This document shows, one piece after another, positions 44,484 through 54,730 of a stretch of 64,000 nt of DNA (the stretch's first letter is position 1; the number at the start of each line of letters is the position of its first letter). Both the position numbers and the translations under genes were made by a program. The DNA comes from Bdellovibrionota bacterium. Lineage in GTDB: Bacteria; Bdellovibrionota_G; JALEGL01; DATDPG01. Under the pieces are notes generated by a model. It was not told the DNA's origin. It saw only the letters and a program-made list of their open reading frames with translations, and ran no database searches. The stretch is from NCBI GenBank assembly GCA_963668355.1, contig OY764265.1, positions 2,528,001-2,592,000 of the forward strand. Reading direction: 5' to 3'.

Positions 44484-45053
44484 TCATTTTCGGGGCTTTT
44501 GGAAGACAAATGAGTCCAAGATCTCATTAAACATGGGTTGGATTTTGGTGTCGTTTCGAGCAGAGTTGGAAAACGTGAGGATGAATTGCAGGCCATTGTG
44601 GATCATCAAGATCGTTCGAATGCGACGTTCGCCTTCAGAGCCAAAATATTTTCCGCGTATTTCCCGCGCCTGAACCGAACCGAATTGAAGGGGGGCTCTG
44701 GAAAGAACCGAATAGTCTTTAAGAAGTGCTTTCAATTGTTTTTCGGATAGAGCCACAAGGGTTTGAAGTGAAATTTGAGGGTTCTTCAATTCTTCAACCA
44801 GCACATTGGCGGTTGAGCGAAAAAGTTCATTTTGATCTGGGGCCCGAAACAAGACCTCAGATCCAAAAGGAGTGTTTTCAATTTTTTCCCAGGAAGCAGG
44901 ATATTCGATTTGAAACCGATACGTCGGATGTTCATACGTTTTCCAGGCTCCTGGAAACCATCGGGCATCACATCCAATTAACGTCGTCAGCAGGAGAGCA
45001 ATGTAGCCAGCACGAATCAAGGGGAGGGGTCTTTCTTCTCTTGTTGCACCCAA
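44484..45053 (-). CDS. PsbP/DcrB-like lipoprotein
   Basis: Lipobox LIGC; WKTYEHPTYRFQIEYPASW ... FNEILDSFVF pattern. Confidence 0.7.
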   Translation of the reverse strand: MGATREERPLPLIRAGYIALLLTTLIGCDARWFPGAWKTYEHPTYRFQIEYPASWEKIENTPFGSEVLFRAPDQNELFRSTANVLVEELKNPQISLQTLVALSEKQLKALLKDYSVLSRAPLQFGSVQAREIRGKYFGSEGERRIRTILMIHNGLQFILTFSNSARNDTKIQPMFNEILDSFVFQKPRK

Positions 45054-46324
45054 AGTTCAATTCTTCGGTTCTTCTTTCGCCCCTCAGCTGTTTTATTATC
45101 TGCGATGGGCTTTTCTTCACCAAACCCGATGGTGGAAAGTCGATCTGCGTCGATTCCCCCATCGATCAAGAAGCGTTGAACTGCCTCCGCTCGTTTTTGA
45201 GATAGATTTCGATTGAATGCTTTATTTCCGGTGTTGTCGGTATGGCCTTCAATTCGAATGCGAAGTTCTGGATATTTCTTTAAAATGGAGATGGCTTTTT
45301 CCAGGGACGGCTCGGATTCTTTTAAAATGCGAGCTTTTCCGGAGGCAAAGTAGACACCTGAAAACGTTCCTTTGAAGGTTTCCACTTCGACATCTGGGCA
45401 CCCATCCTCATCACGAAAGCCGTTCTTGGTTTCTGGTTCCTTGGGGCACTGGTCATCTTTGTCCAGAACGCCATCTTTGTCTTGATCCACCACAGGCATT
45501 TCATCCGGGCAACCGTCGGCGTCCTCAAACCCATTGATATTTTCAGCTTTCTCAGGACATTGATCCACATTATCCGCGATTCCGTCTTTATCCGCGTCAG
45601 GCGGAGTGTCAGGACAACCGTCATTGTCCTTGTAGAAATTGAAACTTTCGGGAGCCTCCGGACATTGATCTACGTGATCATAGATCCCATCGGCGTCTTG
45701 ATCTTTGGGCGTGGGTTGTTCGAATTGGGCGTAGTACGTGAGGTTTAGGGTTCCAAAAAAACTGGTTTGAGTCGTGTCAAATGTGGTCATTGCACGAAAA
45801 TCGGGTCGAAGGGCCAAATTCTTGAAAATGAAAAACTTCATTCCCAAGCCATAATTGATCCCGAAATGATGGTTTCGTGTCGGAGGCGAATCCCAGTCGT
45901 AGGTGGCCCCCCCAATGCCCAAAACGCCGTAGGGCACATATTTTTCTTTCCAGGGTATTTGGAAAATTCCATCCAGAAAATACGTGAAAAGATTTTGATC
46001 CGAGTAGAGGACCCCTCTAGAAACCTGTGTAGGCGAGAAACTTCCAGAGGCTTCCAGCTCAAAGTAGGGTGTCAGGCAATAGCCCAGGCGAATTCCCATG
46101 TCCCAGATTTCCGAGGTCTTATCTGATGCGCTAAACAGATACTGATCTCGACCATGGAAATAGGCGCCTCCAAACAATGTAAAGGTCATGGCACCGGGCT
46201 TGGGACCGAATTTATCCACCGCATTCCCAAACAGGGTTTGATCGGTGTCCGCCAAAGTAGGTGCAGGCAGAGAAAGGAAAAACACGAATAAAGCGAAAAA
46301 TAATGATGAAATCTTCATAATCAT
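45017..46324 (-). CDS. OmpA-family outer membrane protein with thrombospondin type-3 repeats
   Basis: N-terminal beta-barrel; repeated D.D.DGI.D..DQCP..PE..NG..D.DGCPD; IEGHTDN...NRRIE OmpA C-domain. Confidence 0.93.
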   Translation of the reverse strand: MIMKISSLFFALFVFFLSLPAPTLADTDQTLFGNAVDKFGPKPGAMTFTLFGGAYFHGRDQYLFSASDKTSEIWDMGIRLGYCLTPYFELEASGSFSPTQVSRGVLYSDQNLFTYFLDGIFQIPWKEKYVPYGVLGIGGATYDWDSPPTRNHHFGINYGLGMKFFIFKNLALRPDFRAMTTFDTTQTSFFGTLNLTYYAQFEQPTPKDQDADGIYDHVDQCPEAPESFNFYKDNDGCPDTPPDADKDGIADNVDQCPEKAENINGFEDADGCPDEMPVVDQDKDGVLDKDDQCPKEPETKNGFRDEDGCPDVEVETFKGTFSGVYFASGKARILKESEPSLEKAISILKKYPELRIRIEGHTDNTGNKAFNRNLSQKRAEAVQRFLIDGGIDADRLSTIGFGEEKPIADNKTAEGRKKNRRIELWVQQEKKDPSP

Positions 46325-46411
46325 ATACCCCTTGACTTCACGCAGCACTTTAGTTTCCCTAAGGCTTACTCGTCCAGAAAAAAGGGGAATATTCGCTGAA
46401 AAGAGGATTTC

Positions 46412-47566
46412 ATGTTGACACGGACACAACTGGAAGAATTTGAAAAACAAAGGCTGGCCCCATATGCGGCACGCGCAGAATTGTCGAAGGGACGAAAATT
46501 AGAGGAAGAGCAGGCGGGATTTCGCACTGAATTTCAGAGGGATCGAGATCGCATCGTTCATTCCAGCGCTTTCCGTCGATTGGAATACAAGACCCAAGTA
46601 TTTGTAAATCATGAAGGGGATCATTATCGAACGCGTCTGACCCACTCTCTGGAGGTGTCCCAGATCGCCCGGACCGTGGCGCGGACCTTGGGGCTTAATG
46701 AGGATTTAACCGAAGCCTTGGTTTTGTCGCACGATTTGGGGCATACGCCGTTTGGCCATGCGGGTGAACGTGTGATGTCGGAATTAATGAAGGAGCATGG
46801 CGGGTTCGAGCACAATAAACAGAGTCTTCGAATTGTGGATGAGTTGGAACAACGATACCCCAACTTTTCGGGGTTGAATTTAACGTTTGAAGTTCGGGAA
46901 GGCATTGTCAAACATTCCGGAAGTTGGAAACCCGAGAATGTTCCGCAAGAACTCATTCCTAACGAGAAACCCTATTTGGAGGCTCAGTTAATCGATGTCG
47001 TGGATGAGATTGCCTATAACAATCACGACGTGGATGATGGTATCGCTTCCAGAATGCTTAGCTTTGAAGAAATGGAAGCCTGTGAATTGTGGCGAAACTC
47101 GTTGAAGGAAATGAAAGAAAAGTTTCCAGGCAAAAATACGGCTCAACTGAAATATGCGACCATTTCCCGAATGATTACCGTTTTGGTTTCCGATTTGATT
47201 GATCAAACTTCCAGGAACCTGAAAAAACATTCCATTGAAACACCCCAAGATGCCAGAACGTGTGATGAACCTTTGATTTCCTTTTCATCTGAAATTGCAA
47301 AACAGAATCAAGAGTTGAAGCGGTTTTTGAAGAAAAATCTCTACTCTCATTTTCGTGTCATTCGCATGGAAGAGAAAGCCAAAAGAATTCTTTCGGATTT
47401 ATTTAAATCTTACATCAATCGATCCGAGCAACTACCGATTGAATTTCAAGAGAAGATTCAAAAGGGAGATAAATATCGGGTCATCTGCGATTATATTGCG
47501 GGGATGACGGATCGCTTTGCCTTGGATGAGTATAAGAAATTGTTTGATCCGCACACCAAGGTATAG
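46412..47566 (+). CDS. dgt: Deoxyguanosinetriphosphate triphosphohydrolase (HD family)
   Basis: FQRDRDRIVHSSAFRRL, RTRLTHSLEV, HDLGHTPFGHAGE, DYIAGMTDRFA. Confidence 0.95.
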   Translation: MLTRTQLEEFEKQRLAPYAARAELSKGRKLEEEQAGFRTEFQRDRDRIVHSSAFRRLEYKTQVFVNHEGDHYRTRLTHSLEVSQIARTVARTLGLNEDLTEALVLSHDLGHTPFGHAGERVMSELMKEHGGFEHNKQSLRIVDELEQRYPNFSGLNLTFEVREGIVKHSGSWKPENVPQELIPNEKPYLEAQLIDVVDEIAYNNHDVDDGIASRMLSFEEMEACELWRNSLKEMKEKFPGKNTAQLKYATISRMITVLVSDLIDQTSRNLKKHSIETPQDARTCDEPLISFSSEIAKQNQELKRFLKKNLYSHFRVIRMEEKAKRILSDLFKSYINRSEQLPIEFQEKIQKGDKYRVICDYIAGMTDRFALDEYKKLFDPHTKV

Positions 47567-47583
47567 CCAAAAGCTCTGACCTC

Positions 47584-49296
47584 TTAAGAGAAAAACAGCG
47601 TGGCCGTCGCAATGACAAAGAGAAGGAGAATCCAGGTGACCGTGGCTCCAATGGGATAGTGGAAAGGCTTTTCTGGATGCACCGAAAACCCCATCAAATT
47701 CCATGGACGGTAGGGGGAGGAAATCGCCCGATATATTTTTTGAGAGGTTTGCTCTCCCCAATCTTTTGTGAAAGCTCCCAAGGTTTTTAGGCCTGATACC
47801 GTCAACCGAGTAACGGGTGGAACGGTTTTTCGATAAAACCAGTCGGTATCGACGGTAATCGTATTCTGGCCCCCCAACATTCCACGCATCCACCAGAAGC
47901 TTAAAAATGTACCGGCCAAAAGTAGGTAGGCTCCCAGGACATGATGAAGTGTGTAGGGTTCGTAGTGTACCGGATACGGAAGTCCGGAATACATCCACGT
48001 TGGGTAGACTCCAATGCCAAAGCAAAGAAGCGCCGTAAGGGCCATGGCCAAAATCATATTCCAAGGGACGGGTCTAAGTTGTTTGTAATCTCGTTTTTCT
48101 CCCAAGAAAGTCCAGTAAGGAAGCTTGAGGCCCGTGTGTAGGAAGGTTCCAATACTGGCTAGCCAGAGAAGGGCCTCGGTTCTGAGGAAGTGGCCCTGAT
48201 GGGCGGCATCCACCACCATGGATTTACTCACAAACCCATTGAAAAAGGGAAAGCCTGAAATGGAGAAAGCGCCGATCATATACAGGAAAAAGACCCACTT
48301 CATTTTCGAAGCCAGATTTCCCAACTCAGTGAGTTTACTTTTTCCCGTCGAATATAAAACGGCTCCCGCCCCCATGAATAATAAAGCCTTATAGAGAATG
48401 TGACAGAAGGCGTGAGCAGAGGCCCCATTGAGGGACATCGCGGTGCCCATCCCAACTCCGGCTACCATGTATCCCACCTGGCTGATGATGTGATAACCCA
48501 GAAGACGTCGAATATCGTTTTCCAAAACGGCAAAGACAACTCCGTACAGGGCCATGAAAACCCCTAAACCAATCAGGATTTCCGTTCCAGGGAAGAGACG
48601 AATTAAAATATATACCGCTCCCTTTGTCGTGAAAGCGGTCAAAATCACCGAGCCTCCAGGGGAAGCTTCGGGATAGGCATCGGTCAACCAGGCGTGAAAA
48701 GGAGGAACAGCAGCGTTGATGATCACGCCTAGTAAAATCAAAATCGAAGACAGATCCAAAATTCCCAAGGGACCAAAACTGTGAATGGTCTCGGTTTCCA
48801 GGATTTTCATCAACACGCCTGCAAACAGGAGTCCTCCGCCGGTTACGTGAACGTAGAAGTATCGCCAGCCCGCGGCTTTGGCTGCAGGCGTTCGGTTCTC
48901 CCAAATCAACCAGAAGGAAGCCAGAGACATGAGTTCCCAAAAAACAAAAAAGGATAACCAGTCTCCCGCATAGACCAAGCCTAGCCCTCCCGCGACATGG
49001 AGGATGGCAGCAAGGGACTCACGAACATTTTTCTGGTGAAGGCTGTACAAGACGCCCAAAAAACCGGCAATAGCAAAAATCCAGCCAAAGAACCGGCTTA
49101 AAAAATCTACTTTAAAAATGACAAGTTCATAACCAAACAATGGCAAAAGGGAGGCAGTTCCTGTCGTGGCTTGAAAGGCAGACCAGACGGATATCATCGG
49201 AAAAAGAAGAAGAGAGAGACTTCTTAATTTCCCTTTTGAGAGCGCGACGAATATAGCACCCAAAAGAAGAGGAAAAGCAGGATGAGAAATGAGCAT
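47584..49296 (-). CDS. Na+/H+ antiporter subunit D-like (Mrp)
   Basis: FWELMS, PPFHAWLTDAYPEA, RRLLGYHIISQVGYM, GFVSK proton-antiporter motifs. Confidence 0.9.
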   Translation of the reverse strand: MLISHPAFPLLLGAIFVALSKGKLRSLSLLLFPMISVWSAFQATTGTASLLPLFGYELVIFKVDFLSRFFGWIFAIAGFLGVLYSLHQKNVRESLAAILHVAGGLGLVYAGDWLSFFVFWELMSLASFWLIWENRTPAAKAAGWRYFYVHVTGGGLLFAGVLMKILETETIHSFGPLGILDLSSILILLGVIINAAVPPFHAWLTDAYPEASPGGSVILTAFTTKGAVYILIRLFPGTEILIGLGVFMALYGVVFAVLENDIRRLLGYHIISQVGYMVAGVGMGTAMSLNGASAHAFCHILYKALLFMGAGAVLYSTGKSKLTELGNLASKMKWVFFLYMIGAFSISGFPFFNGFVSKSMVVDAAHQGHFLRTEALLWLASIGTFLHTGLKLPYWTFLGEKRDYKQLRPVPWNMILAMALTALLCFGIGVYPTWMYSGLPYPVHYEPYTLHHVLGAYLLLAGTFLSFWWMRGMLGGQNTITVDTDWFYRKTVPPVTRLTVSGLKTLGAFTKDWGEQTSQKIYRAISSPYRPWNLMGFSVHPEKPFHYPIGATVTWILLLFVIATATLFFS

Positions 49297-49433
49297 CAGT
49301 CCTTCTCCTTGGAATAGAAGCTTTCAGGACGTTGCAGAAAAACTTTTCCTAACCACTTTGAAACCATGATGATGAGCCAACAACCGATTAAGCCATAAAT
49401 AAATTCGGATCCCCAAAACAGCTCATGAAACAT
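49296..49433 (-). CDS. 45-aa single-TM Mrp-cluster accessory protein (not in the ORF track)
   Basis: MFHELFWGSEFIYGLIGCWLIIMVSKWLGKVFLQRPESFYSKEKD*; fills the gap between two mrpD-like genes, and its stop overlaps the next start. Confidence 0.8.
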   Translation of the reverse strand: MFHELFWGSEFIYGLIGCWLIIMVSKWLGKVFLQRPESFYSKEKD

Positions 49434-49434
49434 C

Positions 49435-50910
49435 TCAGTATCCTCCAAAAACGTTAAACGCGGTCATTTGCGCTAACTGAAAGAATGAGAAAAAAACATT
49501 TGGAAAGGTTCCAATCAAGAGTGCCATGACTCCAGTGATCGCCAAGGGAATCCAGGTAATTTTCCAACCGTCCGAACGAGGTTTTTCTTCCTCTGGGGAT
49601 TCAAAAAAAGCATCCCTCACGATGGGAAAGAAATAAGCGATGTTGAGCAAGCCACTCAATACCAGAACGACCACAATGAAAACTTGACCGGTTGCGATGG
49701 AACCGAGGGCGATGTTGAGTTTACTTAGAAAACCTGGCAGCAGGGGAATTCCAGCCATTCCAATGGCTCCAAGCGTAAAGGCCATCATCGTTATCGGCAT
49801 TTCTTTTCCCAAACCACGTAGCTCCGGGATCGTATCCTTATGGGTCTTGGCATAAATTGCCCCCGCCGAAAAGAAGAGGGTGATTTTCATGAAGGCATGG
49901 CCGGCAACGTGAAACACAGCCCCTAAAAATGCAAAAGGGGAAAACAACGAAGCGCCAAGAAGGATGTACGAAAGTTGGCTCACAGTGGAGTAGGCCAATC
50001 GACGTTTGAGTTTGGTCTCTCCCATCGCACGAAGAGAGGCTACCAATATCGTAATGATTGCAGCAGACATCAGGATTACGCCGGCACCAGAATGAAAGAG
50101 CAGGTCGGGACCGAAAACGTATCCCGTGACCCGCAAAATTCCGAAAACTCCGGCTTTGACAACCGCCACGGCATGGAGAAGCGCACTCACCGGAGTTGGC
50201 GCGACCATGGCGTCTGGGAGCCATCCGTGAAAGGGCATTAAGCCAGCCTTTACGCCGAAGCCCAGAAGGAAACACAGAAAGAGAAGAATCGCAGATGCAC
50301 CATGTACATGATTGTTTAAGAATCCTCCCGCAACGAAGTCAGCTCCAGGAAGAAGGAAGTGACACCAGAGAATTCCAACCAAAAGAAACTGGCCCGCTGT
50401 TAAGGTGTAGGCGAGATACTTTCGACCAGCTTTTCGGGCTTCTTCATTTCGGTTGTGAACCACCAAGGGATACGTCGCCAGCGTAAGAAGTTCATAGAAA
50501 ATGAAAAAGGTGAATAGGTTTGCTGAGAAGGCGATTCCCATGGTCGCAGCTAAGCAAACAGCAAAACTCGAAAAATATAGTGTTTGATGTTTGTACTTGA
50601 GGGATCGCATATACCCGACGGAGTAAAAAGACGTCGCAATCCACAAACTTGACGCTACGAGAGCAAAGAGCATCCCAAGGGTGTCCACACGAAGGGCTAA
50701 ATCAAAGGAAGGGGCAATCTGTATGAGCGAGCATTCGATGACCTTCCCCTCCGTGATGATCGGAAGCATGGAAAGAACCAATCCAAATTTGATGAATGCA
50801 GCGAGAAAGGTCCAAGTCTCTCTCACATTCGGACGTTTGTTAGAAAGCAAGATCAGAACTGAGGCCAGCAAGGAAACTAGAATCGTCCAAAGGGGGGTAA
50901 GAGAACTCAT
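49435..50910 (-). CDS. Monovalent cation/H+ antiporter subunit D family
   Basis: FYELLT, HGWLPDAMVAPTPVSALLHAVAVVKAG, RRLAYSTVSQL. Confidence 0.92.
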   Translation of the reverse strand: MSSLTPLWTILVSLLASVLILLSNKRPNVRETWTFLAAFIKFGLVLSMLPIITEGKVIECSLIQIAPSFDLALRVDTLGMLFALVASSLWIATSFYSVGYMRSLKYKHQTLYFSSFAVCLAATMGIAFSANLFTFFIFYELLTLATYPLVVHNRNEEARKAGRKYLAYTLTAGQFLLVGILWCHFLLPGADFVAGGFLNNHVHGASAILLFLCFLLGFGVKAGLMPFHGWLPDAMVAPTPVSALLHAVAVVKAGVFGILRVTGYVFGPDLLFHSGAGVILMSAAIITILVASLRAMGETKLKRRLAYSTVSQLSYILLGASLFSPFAFLGAVFHVAGHAFMKITLFFSAGAIYAKTHKDTIPELRGLGKEMPITMMAFTLGAIGMAGIPLLPGFLSKLNIALGSIATGQVFIVVVLVLSGLLNIAYFFPIVRDAFFESPEEEKPRSDGWKITWIPLAITGVMALLIGTFPNVFFSFFQLAQMTAFNVFGGY

Positions 50911-52376
50911 GGCGCGAAAACTCCTCCATTGAGCATGGGTTGAAGTCCTTCAAACACCAAGGTCTGATTAAACAGGCCGATGCCAATCAAAAGAAGAGCG
51001 ATGACCAAGATTGGAAAAACCATCGTCCTCGGTAGATGGGCCTCTGTTCGGGGCTGGCGGGTTTCTGAAAAATAAAAAAGTTCAATCAGGCGAAAAAGAT
51101 AAATGGCCGTAAGAAGACTCCCCAATAGCATGATTGCGATGCTTAAATAATTTCCGGCTTCAAAAGCTCCCAAAAGGAGATACCACTTGCTGAAGAAGCC
51201 TGCCATAGGCGGAAGCCCCATCATTGAAAGGGAACAGATGACGAAGGCCGCCGATGTCCATGGAAGATATTTATGGATCCCTTTTAGTTCTTTAAGCTCA
51301 TACGTGCCAAACTTCATTCCAATCCCACCTGCGATGAAAAACAAACTTCCTTTCATGAGGGCGTGAACCAGAACATGAAAAAGGGCACCAATCAAAGCAA
51401 TGGGAGAGTTGAACGCAATGCCAAGAACGATGTATCCGAGTTGGGCCACACTGGAGTAGGCCAACATTCTTCGCAAATCCGTTTGGGCAATGGCCATGGA
51501 TGAACCAATCAATATAGCTCCCCAAGACGCGTATTCCAGAATGGGCCAAAGAATATCCAATCCTTCATGAGCCGGAAAAATGAAGAATAAAATGCGGATC
51601 AGGGCATACCCTCCAACCTTCGTCATCACCGCAGCGATGAAACCCAAAATGGCGGGTGAAGCGTAGGTGTATGTGTCTGGCATCCAACCGTGGAGTGGAA
51701 ATAGGGCGGTTTTAATGGCTAGGCCGGTTACAATCATTCCCAATCCGAGGAGAATGGACCTGGATTCCATTAACGTGGGAAGCATTTGGCTTAAATCGGC
51801 CATGTTGAGGGTTCCTGTGGAGGCGTAGATGTAACCCAGGCCTAATAAGTAGAAAGAGGCGCCAATGGTTCCCACGAGAAGGTATCGGAAAACGGCCAGG
51901 ACAGAATAATTTCCAGAAGAACTTAACAGTCCATATCCGGACAACGCGGAGATTTCTAAAAAGACATAAAAGTTAAACAGGTCTCCGGTGGCCACCATTC
52001 CCAAAAGACCAGCGTTGAGAATTAAAAATAATGCGTAAAAAACCGCGTTGGCTTCAAAAGGTGGGCGATCTCGATAGGCCAAGAGATAAATCGAAGTCAA
52101 AAAGGCCGAAACGTTGATCAATAGGAGAAAGCCGGCCGCCAAAGGATCGATTACGTATTCGATGCCCCACGGCGGAAGCCACCCCCCGAGGTGGTAGTGG
52201 ACGGTTCCCGAACCGAAAAGGACGGAATGAAAGAGAACAACCGTCATCCACAAACCCAAGGTTTGAACTCCTAAAGTCAAAAATTTAGCCAGCTTGACGC
52301 GATCTCCGAAAAGGGGAGTCAAAAAAGCGCCAAAGAAGGGCAAAAGAATGATGAGAACCGGGAAATGAGCGGTCAT
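50907..52376 (-). CDS. mrpD: Monovalent cation/H+ antiporter subunit D
   Basis: GGWLPPWGIE, DLFNFYVFLEI, FPLHGWMPD, RRMLAYSSVAQ, GFFSKW. Confidence 0.92.
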   Translation of the reverse strand: MTAHFPVLIILLPFFGAFLTPLFGDRVKLAKFLTLGVQTLGLWMTVVLFHSVLFGSGTVHYHLGGWLPPWGIEYVIDPLAAGFLLLINVSAFLTSIYLLAYRDRPPFEANAVFYALFLILNAGLLGMVATGDLFNFYVFLEISALSGYGLLSSSGNYSVLAVFRYLLVGTIGASFYLLGLGYIYASTGTLNMADLSQMLPTLMESRSILLGLGMIVTGLAIKTALFPLHGWMPDTYTYASPAILGFIAAVMTKVGGYALIRILFFIFPAHEGLDILWPILEYASWGAILIGSSMAIAQTDLRRMLAYSSVAQLGYIVLGIAFNSPIALIGALFHVLVHALMKGSLFFIAGGIGMKFGTYELKELKGIHKYLPWTSAAFVICSLSMMGLPPMAGFFSKWYLLLGAFEAGNYLSIAIMLLGSLLTAIYLFRLIELFYFSETRQPRTEAHLPRTMVFPILVIALLLIGIGLFNQTLVFEGLQPMLNGGVFAP

Positions 52377-52735
52377 TGAGAAACCTTTCTTCGGATTTCT
52401 CGCTCATCCAATGTGCCATACTTTCGCCAAAGACGAATCAATAACGAAAGGGCTACGCCCGTCGTAGCCACGCCAACCACAATCGCCGTAAGCATCAAGG
52501 CATGTGGAAGGGGATTCACATAGGTAGAATTTTGAAGGCCCTCTTCCAAAATGGGGGGAGTGCCTCCCGTTTTTGCGGCCACCGTAATGAAGAAAAAGAT
52601 GACAGAAACCTGGAGAATGTTCATGGCCATGAGTTTTCGCATGAGATTGGGGTGCAATAACATTCCCGTCAGGCCCACGAGAAAGAGTGCGGCAATGAGC
52701 CAATAGTTTAGGTATCCGAGGATGAAGTCCATCAT
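52373..52735 (-). CDS. mrpC: Na+/H+ antiporter subunit C
   Basis: NPLPHALMLTAIVVG motif. Confidence 0.93.
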   Translation of the reverse strand: MMDFILGYLNYWLIAALFLVGLTGMLLHPNLMRKLMAMNILQVSVIFFFITVAAKTGGTPPILEEGLQNSTYVNPLPHALMLTAIVVGVATTGVALSLLIRLWRKYGTLDEREIRRKVSQ

Positions 52736-53169
52736 GGGGAGCCTTCCTCTCCAACCAAACTTTCATAAATGAGAAAGAGAATTCCAGTCACGGTTAAGGC
52801 GACTCCTATTTCGATCCCCAACGTTCCCAATGCTCGAACATGGGCCTCGTCTCCATGGAAAGGTAACCCGGCATAGTCCAGAAATTTTCGGCCGTAGAAA
52901 AGAACCCACGTTCCGATTCCGGCATAGAGCGTCAGACCGAAAGCGGCGAGATAAAGAGCGGTTTTGGAAGAGATTCCCCAAGATGGTTTTTCACCTGATG
53001 AAACCATGCGGAGCATGATGAACGTGACGGCAATGAGTGTGCCTCCCTGAAAACCTCCTCCCGGACTGTAATGGCCATGAAGAATGACATATACGGCGAA
53101 GAGAAGAACAAAAGGAGCCAAAAGGCGTACAGCCAAATTCAATATTTCACTGCCAAAAGATGGCTTCAC
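52732..53169 (-). CDS. mrpB: Na+/H+ antiporter subunit B (MnhB domain)
   Basis: HGHYSPGGGFQGG; probable GTG start at 53169 overlapping the upstream stop. Confidence 0.9.
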   Translation of the reverse strand: MKPSFGSEILNLAVRLLAPFVLLFAVYVILHGHYSPGGGFQGGTLIAVTFIMLRMVSSGEKPSWGISSKTALYLAAFGLTLYAGIGTWVLFYGRKFLDYAGLPFHGDEAHVRALGTLGIEIGVALTVTGILFLIYESLVGEEGSP

Positions 53170-53441
53170 GACTTTCTTCTCCAACCTAAAATGAGAAGAC
53201 AAGCCATTCCGGCCGTAAAAATGACAACCGTTTCTCCAAGTGTGTCGTAACCCCTGTAATCGGCGAGAACGGCTGTGACGAAATTGGGAGCCCCTGTTTC
53301 TTCATAGCTCTTGGCTACATACCGATCCGAAACATGTTGATTCGGGGCGTTTACACTTGCTCCAATGGGGGCCAAGTCTTGAGAGGCCAGGCCAAATAAT
53401 ACAAGAGCGATCAATGCCGTAATTGTGGCGGTGAACTTCAT
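53166..53441 (-). CDS. MbhE-like Mrp subunit (MrpA C-terminal fragment)
   Basis: NFVTAVLADYRGYDTLGE motif. Confidence 0.88.
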   Translation of the reverse strand: MKFTATITALIALVLFGLASQDLAPIGASVNAPNQHVSDRYVAKSYEETGAPNFVTAVLADYRGYDTLGETVVIFTAGMACLLILGWRRKS

Positions 53442-53683
53442 GTGTGGGGCCTTTCGCGTGTTACGTGAAGGGCAGCTACAAAAAAGACTGTGGTGATGCC
53501 GGCGCCGACTGCGGCTTCCGTAAAGGCCACGTCCAAGGCATCCAACAAGAGAAAGAGAAGGGCCGAAAAAAAACTGAAAGCCCCAAAAATGATGACGGCC
53601 GAAAGCAATTTTTCAACTTTCAATGCAGCAATTCCGCAGACCAAAGCAAAAATCAGCAGAATGGTGTCCAAAGGGGCGATCAT
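53438..53683 (-). CDS. DUF4040/MbhD-like Mrp subunit
   Basis: ALDVAFTEAAVGAG motif. Confidence 0.88.
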   Translation of the reverse strand: MIAPLDTILLIFALVCGIAALKVEKLLSAVIIFGAFSFFSALLFLLLDALDVAFTEAAVGAGITTVFFVAALHVTRERPHT

Positions 53684-53982
53684 GAATGTTCCTTGTTCTC
53701 CCAAATTTTCAATCCCGACTTCCGAGCGGCCCTTGCCAATGCATGTGTCAAGATTGGGTTTGCGAAAGCGACGAAAATCAAAATCAAAAGAATCTTAAAA
53801 CTATCCATGGACCAGCCGTGATAAAGGGCCAAAGCTCCAAGCATGAGGGAAACTCCCAAGGTGTCGGACTTTCCTTGGGCGTGTAGTCGCGAATAAAAGT
53901 CAGGCAATCTTAGAATCCCCACGATTCCTGCGAATACAAAAAAGAATCCCAATGAAAAAAGCAAGATCACAAGGACATTCAT
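53680..53982 (-). CDS. mrpG: Na+/H+ antiporter subunit G
   Basis: GILRLPDFYSRLHA..K.DTLG; NPILTHALARAA. Confidence 0.93.
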   Translation of the reverse strand: MNVLVILLFSLGFFFVFAGIVGILRLPDFYSRLHAQGKSDTLGVSLMLGALALYHGWSMDSFKILLILIFVAFANPILTHALARAARKSGLKIWENKEHS

Positions 53983-54251
53983 GGCTCGGATCGTCCTCCG
54001 ATTTCAAAGTACTTGGCGATGGCCAGTGGGCCAATGAAGCCGATTAAGCCATAGGTCAGGGCAATGTCGATGTAGAGATCCACACGACCTTGCAAGATTC
54101 CCAAGAGAATGATGAGAACAACGGTTTTAGTTCCGATCAATCCCAAACCGGTCAGACGATCAAAATTGGTGGGTCCTTTCAAAACCCGATACAAGGAAAG
54201 AATCATGACTCCGCCCAACAGAATGCTCATGATGTAATAGAACGTGTTCAT
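53979..54251 (-). CDS. mrpF: Na+/H+ antiporter subunit F
   Basis: RVLKGPTNFDR; YIDIALTY. Confidence 0.92.
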   Translation of the reverse strand: MNTFYYIMSILLGGVMILSLYRVLKGPTNFDRLTGLGLIGTKTVVLIILLGILQGRVDLYIDIALTYGLIGFIGPLAIAKYFEIGGRSEP

Positions 54252-54718
54252 GACCGGGCTCCAAAAATGGATTGGATGCGCCGAATCATGTCTCCAGGCT
54301 CCTCTTCGGAACCTGCGAGCGCAGACAAGCTCGATTCCATAAGAGCATGGACTTCAAATTCGTCCTCTTGAACATCCACCGTGACGGTTCCTGGGGTCAG
54401 GGTGATGGAGTTGGCCAAAGCCAATTTGGCGATCGGTTTTTTTAGGCCCGTTTTAAATTTAACCAAACGGGGAGAAATGGGCATTTGGGGCTGAAAGACG
54501 GCCCAAGCAACCTGAAGATTTGCAATGATGATTTGGAGAAGAAGCCAGGGGACGTATTTCAGAAAACGAAACCGAAAGAAGACGTTCCAGTGGGTTCCCC
54601 GGTACAACGGGCGGGTATAATGGGCGACAGCCATCGCCGAGAATGCCCCCATGGTGATGTGTAAAGCATCATACTTTGGGGACAAGAGCAGCCAAAATGC
54701 AAACAGTGCTATTGCCAT
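54248..54718 (-). CDS. mrpE: Na+/H+ antiporter subunit E
   Basis: LANSITLTPGTVTV; VHAL. Confidence 0.93.
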   Translation of the reverse strand: MAIALFAFWLLLSPKYDALHITMGAFSAMAVAHYTRPLYRGTHWNVFFRFRFLKYVPWLLLQIIIANLQVAWAVFQPQMPISPRLVKFKTGLKKPIAKLALANSITLTPGTVTVDVQEDEFEVHALMESSLSALAGSEEEPGDMIRRIQSIFGARS

Positions 54719-54730
54719 TTAATGCGCCTT

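Noticed and set aside
45390..45710. DNA-level repeats in ompA as a mobile or contingency repeat
   Set aside because: They are ordinary thrombospondin type-3 Ca-binding protein repeats.
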